NCBI RefSeq assembly: GCF_006345805.1
Contig: NW_021836181.1
Location: 1 to 24,588 of the forward strand
Direction: 5' to 3'
Source: Octopus sinensis
Taxonomy: Eukaryota
DNA: 24,588 nt
The notes under the pieces are model-generated. The model made no database searches. It was not told where the DNA came from and saw nothing but the letters and a program-made list of their open reading frames with translations. Position numbers and translations under genes: made by a program. Each line of letters begins with the position of its first letter. The stretch's first letter is position 1. Of this stretch, positions 1 through 9,530 are shown piece by piece.

Positions 1-111
1 TATCGACCCTGAAAGAATGAAAGGCAAAGTCGACTTCGGCGGAATTTGAACTCAGAACGTAACGGCAGACGAAATACCTATTTCTTTACTACCCACAAGG
101 GCTAAACACAG
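1..111 (-). mobile_element. SINE family A fragments (tRNA-derived; central domain resembling Meta-type SINEs), reverse orientation
   Basis: Reverse complement of the family A core (GAGTTCAAATTCCGCCGAGGTCGACTTTGCCTTTCATCC) and tail seen in full at 13271 and 18283. Runs off the window start. Confidence 0.85.
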
Positions 112-420
112 CCGAGGTCGATTAAATAAGTACCAGTTACGCACTGGGGTCGATATAATCGACTTAATCCGTTTGTCTGTCCTTGTTTGTCCTCTCTGTG
201 TTTATCCCCTTGTGGGTAGTAAAGAATTAGAAATAAGTATTTCGTCTGCCGCTACGTTCTGAGTCCAAATTCCTTCGCGGTCGACTTTGCCTTTCATCCT
301 TTCGGAGTCGATAAATTAAGTTCCACTACGCACTGGAGTCGATATAATCGACTTAATCCGTTCGTCTGTCCTTGTTCGTCCACTCTGTGTTTAGCCCCTT
401 GTTGGTAGTAAAGAAATAGG
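112..420 (+). mobile_element. SINE family A, headless tandem core+tail units
   Basis: Two successive core/tail units ending GTAGTAAAGAAATAGG, matching the unit in the 13271-14284 array. Confidence 0.85.
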
Positions 421-575
421 TGGATGTATCCTCATCCGATATTGTGATCGAACCATCAGCAACCATTGCTGAAACCGTCACAATATCTTCATCTTCTCAA
501 AGAATCGGTGGCAGTTCATTTTACGTGTCGACTCTTGCTGCTTTCGCTACATATTTTGCTTCTTTTGCAGTTTAA
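420..575 (+). CDS. Putative terminal coding exon of an upstream gene: Ser/Thr-rich spacer plus hydrophobic C-terminus (GPI-anchor-signal-like)
   Basis: Hand translation: VDVSSSDIVIEPSATIAETVTISSSSQRIGGSSFYVSTLAAFATYFASFAV*. TAA at 573-575, AATAAA at 660-665. The only nearby AG acceptor (418-419) lies in a SINE tail with a poor pyrimidine tract. Confidence 0.35.
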   Translation: MDVSSSDIVIEPSATIAETVTISSSSQRIGGSSFYVSTLAAFATYFASFAV

Positions 576-1060
576 TTAAAACTGTTTCATATATTGTAAC
601 CTTCGTTTTGATTTCGCCTGCGGCAGCTTAGATCTGTTGATTGTTTCTTGAGCAGTAATAATAAAACTACATTTCAACTTTTAGCGCTTCACCTGTCTTC
701 TGTATTCACCTATCACGAGAGACACACCTTCTACTATCTCTTCCTCTTATTCATCACTGGATTCTGTTCCATTGTCTTCTCTCTCTCTCTCTCTCACTTT
801 CTTTCTTTCTTTCTTTCCCTCTTTTATGACACCTGCACAATTTCTGACTTGCTAAAACACAATAGATGTTAACCTCATCATCACCATTCGTCTATTCTCT
901 AACGTTTCTTCACCCATCCTTGATGTGAAATCCTTGACAACAAAATTAGTGAAATCAGGAGAGAAATTAAATAAATCATCCGTATTTGATTTTCCTTCAG
1001 AAAATTCTCGTAAATTCTGTAAAGTCATTTTGATGTTTTCGCCAAGCAGCGACTAAAGTA

Positions 1061-1848
1061 TTATGAGAGCTCAAAATCTCTCGTGGAAGCGCCATCCAAC
1101 CAAAATGCAAATATATAGGAAACTACCACCTGTATCATCTCAGAGAGCCATAGGTTGCAGGGTTGTTGAGATTTCAAACTTAAAATCTTCAAAGCCACAG
1201 TCGAACCAATTCTACTATATGGCTCAGAAACCTGGACGTTATCAAAGAAGCTCGAGAGGCGGTTGGATGGAACTTACACTCGCCTCCTTATGAGAGCTCA
1301 AAATCTCTCGTGGAAGCGCCATCCAACCAAAATGCAAATATATGGGAAACTACCACCTGTATCATCTCAGAGAGCCATAGGTTGCAGGGTTGTTGAGATT
1401 TCAAACTTAAAATCTTCAAAGCCACAGTCGAACCAATTCTACTATATGGCTCAGAAACCTGGACGTTATCAAAGAAGCTCGAGAGGCGGTTGGATGGAAC
1501 TTACACTCGCCTCCTTATGAGAGCTCAAAATCTCTCGTGGAAGCGTCATCCAACCAAAATGCAAGTATATGGGAAATTACCACCTGTGTCATCTCTTGTG
1601 AAAGGTAGGAGAGTCCAGTTTGCTGGACATTGTTGTAGAGCTGAAAAAAAGTAATTTCTACTCTTCTCCTCTGGAAGCCATCTACTCGCGATACAAGAGG
1701 GCGCACACTCCTCCTCCCTGATTGTAATCTCCAGGGATACAGGCATCCAGCAACAGGACCTCCGTAATGCTATGAGGACCGTGAAGTCTGGCGTAGCATG
1801 GTAAATTCCATTGTCTCGACCACGGTCGAACAATGATGAATGATGATG
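1061..1848 (+). mobile_element. 5'-truncated RTE/RTEX-type non-LTR retrotransposon 3' end with internal 227-bp tandem triplication
   Basis: 1176-1367 reads KLKIFKATVEPILLYGSETWTLSKKLERRLDGTYTRLLMRAQNLSWKRHPTKMQIYGKLPPVSS, and the last copy continues into RRVQFAGHC (RT thumb/C-terminal motifs of RTE-group LINEs). Terminal hairpin TCGACC-AC-GGTCGA at 1816-1829, then an (ATG)n tail. TSD AAAGTATTAT at 1055-1064 and 1849-1858. Confidence 0.85.
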
Positions 1849-1874
1849 AAAGTATTATACTTTTATTTACGGCT

Positions 1875-2145
1875 TACTCTTTTACTTGTTTCAGTCATTA
1901 GACTGCGACCATGCTGGAGCACCGCCTTTTAGTCGAGCAAATCGACCCCCCCCCGGACTTATTCTTTGTAAGCCTTGCAGTACTTATTCTATCGGTCCCT
2001 CTTTTGCCGAACCGCTAAGTTACGGGGACGTAAACACACCAGCATCGGTTGTTAAGCGATGGTGTGGGAACAAACACAGACACACAAACATATACACACA
2101 CACATACATACATGTATATATGTATATATATATATATATATGTGT

Positions 2146-2176
<31 letters not shown>

Positions 2177-2196
2177 ATATATAATATATAATTATA

Positions 2197-2240
<44 letters not shown>

Positions 2241-2442
2241 TAACATATACATATATATAGACATATACATACATGTATAAGACGGGCTTCGTTCAGTTTC
2301 CGTCTACCAAATCACTCACAAGGCTTTGCTCGGCCCGAAGTTATAGTAGAAGACACTTGCCCAAGGTGCCACGCAGTGGGACTGAACCTGGAACCATGTG
2401 GTTGGTAAGCAAATTACTTACCACACAGCCACTCCAGCGCCT
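1875..2442 (-). mobile_element. SINE family B (tRNA head + CORE-like domain, internal TA/TG microsatellite, conserved 3' module), full length
   Basis: Reverse strand has an A-box TGGCTGTGTGG, a B-box-like GGTTCAGTCCC and CORE-like ACCTTGGGCAAGTGTCTT. Microsatellite at ~2086-2275, then the 3' module ending GAAACAAGTAAAAGAG. Same layout as 23768-24418. Confidence 0.85.
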
Positions 2443-2569
2443 ACAAATGTTTCAGGTAAGAATTGGAGGGACTTAGTTTCATAGTTCAATCGTATAACTC
2501 GATCGCTTCGTGGGAGATCGATTGAGCAAAACACCTTCTTATGAGGCTGAGCAATCACCCTCTTATACT

Positions 2570-2921
2570 CTTCTACTCTAGGCACAAGGCACGAAACTTT
2601 TGGAGGGGGGTAGTCGATTAGATCGATCCTAGTACGCAACTGGTACTTAATTTATCGACCCCCGAAAGGATGAAAGGTAAAGTCGACCTTTTCGGAATTT
2701 GAACTCAGAACATAGCGGCAGACGAAATACCTGTTTCTTTACTACCCACAAGGGGCCAAACACAGAGAGGACAAACAAGGACAGACAAACGGATTAAGTC
2801 GATTATATTGACCCCAGTGCGTAACTGGTACTTATTTAATCGACCCCGAAAGGATGAAAGGCAAAGTCGACCTCGGCGGAATTTGAACTCAGAACGTAAC
2901 GGCAGACGAAATACCTATTTC
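2570..2921 (-). mobile_element. SINE family A, headless: core+alpha tail followed by core+beta tail
   Basis: Reverse complement matches the architecture of 18283-18685 minus the head. Confidence 0.8.
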
Positions 2922-2964
2922 TGTAGACCTTAACGAACAAATTAAAGAATGCAGAAATTACCTC

Positions 2965-3060
2965 CTTGTCCACCGAGAATGCTAAGTAACGGGGACGTAA
3001 ACAAATCAACCCCGGTTTTCACGCAATGGTGGGGAGAAACAGACACACAGACACACTGAT
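2965..3060 (-). mobile_element. SINE family B 3' module fragment
   Basis: GCTAAGTAACGGGGACGTAAAC...AAACAGACACAC matches 2014-2090. Confidence 0.65.
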
Positions 3061-3115
3061 ATATGTGTGTGTATGTGTACACATCCATATATAATATATA
3101 TATATATATATATAT

Positions 3116-3148
<33 letters not shown>

Positions 3149-3150
3149 CG

Positions 3151-3185
<35 letters not shown>

Positions 3186-3366
3186 GATGAGTGTATTTTT
3201 ACCTTGTTAACAATTAACACGGAAAAAATAAATAAATAGTTACCAGGGTAGCAAAAATCTCACAAGTAAAGATGTTGTAACTCCTTGTTTATAAAGGTAG
3301 AAACTTCGTGTTTACGTGGAATATTTTGAATAATATATGAATAAACTCCATTTATTTATTCATATA

Positions 3367-3398
<32 letters not shown>

Positions 3399-3402
3399 TA
3401 TA

Positions 3403-3612
3403 TTCGCCATGTTAATTCGCTAGCTTCTGCACGCATCTTCTTCTCTCCTTGTTTCTCTCCGTGTTTCTTTTCTGTGTATCTTTCTGTCGAAGAGCGTAGG
3501 CTCGAAACGTAAAAGACTTGTTTTATTTATTTCCTGAGCGCCATACTAATACAATTGTTTGTTTGTATTCCACCTGCCTTCGTGTTTTGCTTATTTTCGT
3601 AAATTTCCCGTT
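3403..3612 (+). mobile_element. ~210-bp element embedded in (TA)n carrying a hammerhead-like motif (Penelope-like terminal repeat relic)
   Basis: Unique sequence bounded on both sides by TA tracts; contains the motif at 3479-3516. Confidence 0.5.
3479..3516 (+). ncRNA. Minimal type-I hammerhead ribozyme variant (core CUGUCGA instead of CUGANGA)
   Basis: Stem I TCTTT(3479-83)/AAAGA(3512-16); core CTGTCGA 3484-90; extra A; stem II GAGC/GCTC with GTAG loop; GAAAC 3504-08; cleavage triplet GTA 3509-11. Confidence 0.6.
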
Positions 3613-3619
3613 ATATATA

Positions 3620-3668
<49 letters not shown>

Positions 3669-3812
3669 TACATACATACACACACATGTGTATATATATA
3701 TATATATAATATATATATAATATTATATATATATATACATATAGATAGATAGATATCATACATACATACATACATACATACATACATACATACATACATA
3801 CATGCATGCATA
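3612..3812. repeat. (TA)n / (CATA)n compound microsatellite
   Basis: Directly visible. Confidence 0.95.
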
Positions 3813-3817
3813 TGCGA

Positions 3818-3978
3818 CGGGCTTCTTTCAGTTTCCGTCTAACAATTCCACTCAAAATACTTTGATCGGCCCGGGGCTATAGTAGAAGACACTTGTACGT
3901 GGTGTCGCGCAGTGGAACTGAACCCCGCAACCATATGTTTGAGGAGCAAACATCTTGTCACACACAGGCGCGCCTACG
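3818..3978 (-). mobile_element. SINE family B head/CORE part, diverged
   Basis: CGACGGGCTTCTTTCAGTTTCCGTCT...CTATAGTAGAAGACACTT matches other B copies. Confidence 0.75.
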
Positions 3979-4276
3979 TCTAAATTATACATTCTCATGT
4001 CGGGAATCGAAACCGGAATGCCTGGATTAAAGCCATAAATGCCCACTCCGAAATATCAAAGTAATAAGAGATTTTGACTATAAATTCTTACAAACAGTTA
4101 TATTGTTTGAACGAAGCCATTAAACAGGTTTAATGGATAATAAACTTGCGTAGTTGTAGGTAGATTTATAGTGAACAATAAACTCTGCAGAATTTATACT
4201 AAGAGGTCATATATGTGTGTATATATTATATGTTTAGGAATTATATCTTATTTAATAATGCAATTTTTATTTAAGG

Positions 4277-5290
4277 AAGGTGGCGAGATGGCAGAATTGT
4301 TAGCACGCCGGGCGAAATGCTTAGCGGTATTTCGTCTGCTGTTACGTTCCGAGTTCAAATTCCGCTGAGGTTGACTTTGCCTTTCATCCTTTTGGGGTCT
4401 ATAAATTAAGTACCAGTTGCGTATTGGGTCGATCTAATCGACTGGCCCTCTTTCCCAAAAAATTTCGGGTCTTGTGCCTAGAGCAGAAAAGATCTATTAT
4501 TTAAGGAAGGTGGCGAGATGGCAGAATTGTGAGCATGCCGGGCGAAATGCTTAGCGGTATTTCGTCTGTGTTTATGTTCTGAGTTCAAATTCCGCCGAGG
4601 TCGACTTTGCCTTTCATCCTTTCGGAGTCGATTAAATAAGTACCAGTTACACACTGGGGTCGATATAATCGACTTAATCCGTTTGTCTGTCCTTGTTTGT
4701 CCTCTCTGTGTTTAGCCCCTTGTGGGTAATAAAGAAATAGGTATTTCGTCTGCCGTTACCTTCTGAGTTCAAATTCCGCTGAGGTTGACTTTGCCTTTCA
4801 TCCTTAAGTACCAGTTACGCACTGGGGTCGATATAATCGACTTAATCTCTTCGTCTATCCTTGTTTGTCCCCGCTATGTTTAGCCTCTTGTGGGCAATAA
4901 AGAAATAAGAAACGTTAGCAAGCCCGGCGAAATGCGTAGCCGTATTTCGTCTGCGGTTACCTTCTGAGTTCAAATTCCGCCGAGATCGACTTCGCCTTTC
5001 CTCCTATCGGGGTCGATAAATAAAGTACCAGTTATGCACTGGGGTCGATATAATCGACTTAATCCCTTTGTCTGTCCTTGTTTGTCTTCTCTGTGTTTAT
5101 CCCATTGTGGATAGTAAAGAAATAGAAATAGGTATTTCGTCTGCCTTTACGTTCTGAGTTCAAATTCCGCCGAGGTCGACTTTGCCTTTCATCCTTTTGG
5201 GGTCGATAAATTAAGTACCAGTTGCTTACTGGGGTCAATCTAATCAACTGGCCCCCTCCCCCAAAAGTCGGGCCTTGTACCTTGAGTAGA
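4277..5290 (+). mobile_element. Cluster of SINE family A copies (head-core-beta, then head-core-alpha multimers ending in beta)
   Basis: Heads with A-box TGGCAGAATTGTT and B-box GAGTTCAAATTCC start near 4277 and 4507, with a partial head near 4905. Repeated core/tail modules follow. Confidence 0.85.
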
Positions 5291-5294
5291 AACG

Positions 5295-5655
5295 AAGAAA
5301 TGTTTAGCGACATTCCGTCCGATTTTTCGTTCTACGTTCAAATTCCTTTCAAATTCGATAAAAAAAAATGTACCAGCTTAGCACTGAGGCCGATGTAATC
5401 GGTTAGCACCCTCCCCGAAATTGCTGGCCTTGTGCCAAAATGCGAAACCATTATTTAAGGATTTGCGATTTAATAAAGATTTGACATATGTCGGATAACA
5501 TGTTAAGCGACATTTCTTCCGGCTTTTTACGTTCTGAATTCAAATCCCGCTGAGTTCAACTTTGCTTTCATCCTTTCGGGGTCGATTAAATAAATACCAG
5601 TTACGTACTGGTGTTTGCGTCCCCACCCCTAAAAATGGTTGACCTTGTACCAACC
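5295..5655 (+). mobile_element. Older, degenerate family A-like SINE remnants
   Basis: Degenerate TACGTTCTGAATTCAAATCCCGC...TTTCATCCTTTCGGGGTCGATTAAATAAATACCAG. Confidence 0.55.
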
Positions 5656-5716
5656 ATTATATAAATTTGCCAATAATTAGTTAGATTACTTTGATATGGA
5701 GTTCTTATTAAATACA

Positions 5717-6108
5717 GTGGAGGCGCAATGGCCCAGTGGTTAGGACAGCGGACTCGTGGTCATAGGATCGCGGTTTCGATTTCCAGATCGGGCGTTGTGA
5801 GTGTTTATTGAGCGAAAACACCTAAAAGCTCCCCGAGGCTCCGGCAGGGGATGGTGGTGATCCCTGCTGTACTCTTTCACCACGACTTTCTCTCACTCTT
5901 ACTTCCTGTTTCTGTTCTACCTGTATTTCAAGGGACCGGCCTTGTCACTCTCTGTGTCACGCTGAATATCCCCCGAGAACTACGTTAAGGGTGCACGTGT
6001 CTGTGGAGTGCTCAGCCACTTACACGTTAATTTCACGAGCAGGCTGTTCCGTTAATTCGGATCAACCGGAACCCTCGTCGTCGTAACCGACGGAGTGCTT
6101 TCATCATC
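5717..6108 (+). mobile_element. SINE family C, full length, tail type i
   Basis: tRNA-like head (A-box TGGCCCAGTGGTTAG, B-box-like GGTTTCGATTTCC) and (CAT)n tail. TSD ATTAAATACA at 5707-5716 and 6109-6118. Confidence 0.85.
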
Positions 6109-6245
6109 ATTAAATACAAGTTGTTATTTTGGTAAATACAATTGCTGTTTTGTGTCTGGTGGTTAAGATGGAAATTGCTGTAAAATTAAAGTATTTGAAG
6201 GAGTTGAGAACAGCTCGTTTCCTCTCTCTCTCTCTCTCTCTCTCC

Positions 6246-6277
<32 letters not shown>

Positions 6278-6571
6278 CAAACTTTCATCATCTTTAAATT
6301 GCACTTGAAACTGAAGCCGGAGGCGTTACAGGAAAACCTGCTGTGTAATAAATTTAATGAATAATGAATGCAAATAGCGAAACAGTTACTTACGAGCTGG
6401 CAATAAATCAGAAGATCGCGGTTTCAAGAAGGGCAACGGGGTTTGGATCTTGGAGTACCCTGGGCCTCCATAGGTTTACTTCGTTGGGAACACTTTTGAT
6501 TTATATCATAACAAACACCTATTTCAATCTGGTTTATTTTAGTTTTTCGTAATGTAGTATGTGGATGCGCA

Positions 6572-6764
6572 GTGGCCCGGTGGCCCAGTGGTTAAGGCAG
6601 CGGACTCGCGGTCGGAGGATCGCGGTTTCGATTCCCAGACCGGGCGCTGTGTGTGTTTATTGAGCGAAAACACCTAAAGCTCCACGAAGCTCCGGCAGAG
6701 GATGGTGGCGACCCCTGTTGTACTCTTTCGTCCCAACTTTTTCTCACTCTTTCTTCCTGTTTCT
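6572..6764 (+). mobile_element. SINE family C head and body, truncated by family B fragments
   Basis: Matches ~5720-5910, then switches abruptly to reverse-strand family B at 6765. Confidence 0.8.
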
Positions 6765-7010
6765 TGGGACTGAACCCGGAACCATGTGGTTGGTAAGCAA
6801 GCTACTTACCACCCAGCCACTCCCGCCCCTATATATATATATATATGCAAAACAGGCTTCTTTCAGTTTCCGTCTACCAAATCCACTCACAAGGCTTTGG
6901 TCGGCCCGAGGCTATAGTAGAAGACACTCACCCAAGGTGCCACGCAGTGGGACTGAACCCGGAACCATGTGGTTGGTAAACAAGCTACTTACTACCCAGC
7001 CACTCCTGCA
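6765..7010 (-). mobile_element. Two tandem SINE family B head fragments
   Basis: GGGACTGAACCCGGAACCATGTGGTTGGTAA occurs at 6766 and 6949, separated by a TA tract. Confidence 0.8.
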
Positions 7011-7208
7011 CCTCTATATATATATATATATATATATATACATTTATCTTTTACGCAGGAAGAAAAGCAGTGATCCTTTGCACGGTCACCGAGACTAGGA
7101 GGAAGGAAGAAGGGTTGGGAGAATGCCCCTAAACCGGAGACTTTGCTTAAGTATTTGCAAAAGAGCAGGGCCCTGATGGTGATGGGGTTAACCCGGGCGA
7201 TACATTAA

Positions 7209-7592
7209 GTAGAGGCGCAATGGCCCAGTGGTTAGGGCAGCAGACTCGCGGTCGTGGGATCGCGGTTTCGATTCCCAGATCGGGCGTTGTGAGTGTTTAT
7301 TGAGTGAAAACACCTAAAGCTCCACGAGGCTCCGGCAGGGGATGGTGGCGATCCCTGCTGTACTCTTTCACCACAACTTTCTCTCACTCTTACTTCCTGT
7401 TTCTGTTGTACCTGTATTTCAAAGGGCCGGCCTTGTCACTCTCTGTGTCACGCTGAATATCCCCGAGAACTACGTTAAGGGTGCACGTGTCTGTGGAGTG
7501 CTCAGCCACTTACACGTTAATTTCACGAGCAGGCTGTTCCATTGATTCGGATCAACCGGAACCTTCGTCGTTGTAACCGACGGAGTGCTTCC
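7209..7592 (+). mobile_element. SINE family C, full length, tail type i
   Basis: Near-identical to 5717-6108. TSD ACATTAAGT at 7202-7210 and 7593-7601. Confidence 0.85.
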
Positions 7593-7655
7593 ACATTAAG
7601 TCTACCTTTAAATAAAATAAAACACTTTATCTTTTGTTTTTATTCCAGCAAAACG

Positions 7656-7733
7656 ATGCTCAGGTTCTTCTCTGCTCAACTTCCCAGCCGACTCTCCGTC
7701 GTTGTGGTGGTCTTCATGCTGTTTCGCATACAG
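7656..7733 (+). CDS. Tandem ZP-N-like protein, first recognised coding exon (signal-peptide/signal-anchor-like)
   Basis: Acceptor TTTTGTTTTTATTCCAG at 7648; ATG at 7656 with A at -3; reads MLRFFSAQLPSRLSVVVVVFMLFRIQ; donor CAG/GTCAGT, phase 0. Confidence 0.6.
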
Positions 7734-7899
7734 GTCAGTGTCACGTTGATAAACAGTGTATCGGTAGTTGTTAGATGTGGTAGTCATGATTATTTACTTC
7801 AGTGGTTGTGTGACGGTTTGGGATGCAGTGAGGAAGAGATGAAGAAAGAGATGGATGTTACGTGGGATATTTACGGTGGGGGAGGAAGCGGATGGGAGG

Positions 7900-8051
7900 T
7901 GGCGAAGACGGTAACGGTTGTGATATTGGCGGTTGTAGTACTGGTTATGGTGGTGGTGGTGATGGTGGTGGTTGTGATGGCGGTGGTGGTGGTGACGGTG
8001 GTGGTGATGGTGTTGTTGTTGTCGTTGTTGTTGCTGTTGTTGTCGTCGTCG

Positions 8052-8101
<50 letters not shown>

Positions 8102-8350
8102 GGTGGTGGTGGTGGTGGTGGTTGAGGTGATAGTGGTATTATTGGTTCTGTAAAGGTGCTGGCAGTGGTTTTAGTTGTAGTGGTATTGCTGGTTTTAAGA
8201 ATTGTGGCGGTGATGGCGGCGGTGGGGGTGCTAGTGGCGGCGGCGGTGGTGGTGGTGGTGATGGTGGTGGTGCTGGTGGTGGTAGTGGTGACGGCGACGG
8301 CGGTGGTGGTTGTGGTGGTGGTGGTGATGGTGGTGGTGGTGGTGGTCGCG
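7900..8350. repeat. (GGT)n/(GTT)n trinucleotide low-complexity tract
   Basis: Directly visible; source of spurious poly-V/L/T/G ORFs. Confidence 0.9.
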
Positions 8351-8397
8351 GCGTTCATCTCTGCTTCTCATCACTCTTCTCTCTTTCTCTGTTGTAG

Positions 8398-8419
8398 ATG
8401 ATGGACAGCCGTTTACAAT
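8398..8419 (+). CDS. 22-nt coding micro-exon of the ZP-N-like gene
   Basis: Long pyrimidine tract plus TAG at 8395-8397; ATG ATG GAC AGC CGT TTA CAA T (MMDSRLQ+T); consensus donor GTAAGT at 8420. Converts phase 0 to phase 1, exactly as needed to join 7733 to 10734. Confidence 0.6.
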
Positions 8420-8433
8420 GTAAGTACACTATC

Positions 8434-8496
<63 letters not shown>

Positions 8497-8631
8497 TTTC
8501 ACTCTCTTCTTTCTCTCTCTCCCGCTCTCTCCCTTTTCCCTCTCTTTCTCCCAATAGTAATGATGATGATAATAATAATAACATCGAAAAATACCTTATA
8601 AATGAGAACCCAGGTTCGAAATTTCCCCCAA

Positions 8632-8677
8632 GGCACCTGATGAAGGCTGGAGGGTATATCAGCCGAAATGTTGTGTT
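8632..8677 (+). ncRNA. Minimal type-I hammerhead ribozyme, copy 1 (GAAAT variant, probably impaired)
   Basis: GGCAC-CTGATGA-A-GGCTG...CAGCC-GAAAT-GTT-GTGTT; C-to-T change in stem III. Confidence 0.6.
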
Positions 8678-8752
8678 AACAACAAACAAGATGAGGACAA
8701 ATGTAAATAATGTAAATAATGTACATAATTCCTCACATCTTAAATATAGAAC

Positions 8753-8800
<48 letters not shown>

Positions 8801-8853
8801 TAATAATATAATAATAATAATAACATAAGCTAGAAATGAGAAATTTCCCCCAA

Positions 8854-8899
8854 GACACCTGATGAAGGCTGGAGGGTATATCAGCCGAAACGTTGTGTT
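8854..8899 (+). ncRNA. Minimal type-I hammerhead ribozyme, copy 2
   Basis: Stem I GACAC/GTGTT, core CTGATGA, extra A, stem II GGCTG/CAGCC, GAAAC, triplet GTT. Confidence 0.75.
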
Positions 8900-8974
8900 A
8901 ACAACAAACAAGATGAGGACAAATGTAAATAATGTAAATAATGTACATAATTCCTCACATCTTAAATATAGAAC

Positions 8975-9029
<55 letters not shown>

Positions 9030-9057
9030 TAAGCTAGAAATGAGAAATTTCCCCCAA

Positions 9058-9103
9058 GACACCTGATGAAGGCTGGAGGGTATATCAGCCGAAACGTTGT
9101 GTT
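9058..9103 (+). ncRNA. Minimal type-I hammerhead ribozyme, copy 3
   Basis: Identical to copy 2. Confidence 0.75.
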
Positions 9104-9196
9104 AACAACAAACAAGATGAGGACAAATGTAAATAATGTAAATAATGTACATAATTCCTCACATCTTAAATATAGAACAATAATAATATAATAATA

Positions 9197-9249
<53 letters not shown>

Positions 9250-9277
9250 TAAGCTAGAAATGAGAAATTTCCCCCAA

Positions 9278-9323
9278 GACACCTGATGAAGGCTGGAGGG
9301 TATATCAGCCGAAACGTTGTGTT
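9278..9323 (+). ncRNA. Minimal type-I hammerhead ribozyme, copy 4
   Basis: Identical to copy 2. Confidence 0.75.
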
Positions 9324-9484
9324 AACAACAAACAAGATGAGGACAAATGTAAATAATGTAAATAATGTACATAATTCCTCACATCTTAAATATAGAAAAA
9401 ATATAATAATAATAATAATAAAATAATAATAATAATAATAATAATATATATCATAACAAGCTAGAAATGAGAAATTTCCCCCAG

Positions 9485-9530
9485 GACACCTGAAGAAGGC
9501 TGGAGGGTATATCAGCCGAAACGTCGTGTT
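9485..9530 (+). ncRNA. Minimal type-I hammerhead ribozyme, copy 5 (CUGAAGA core, canonical GUC triplet)
   Basis: GACAC-CTGAAGA-A-GGCTG...CAGCC-GAAAC-GTC-GTGTT. Confidence 0.8.

Noticed and set aside
1063-1520. Two near-identical 76/85-aa ORFs as a duplicated small gene
   Set aside because: They are partly off-frame readings of the triplicated LINE fragment.
7542-8401. Long ORFs (203, 137, 87 and 81 aa) of poly-V/L/T/G/P
   Set aside because: Translations of GGT/GTT microsatellite. Only 7656-7733 and 8398-8419 have splice support.
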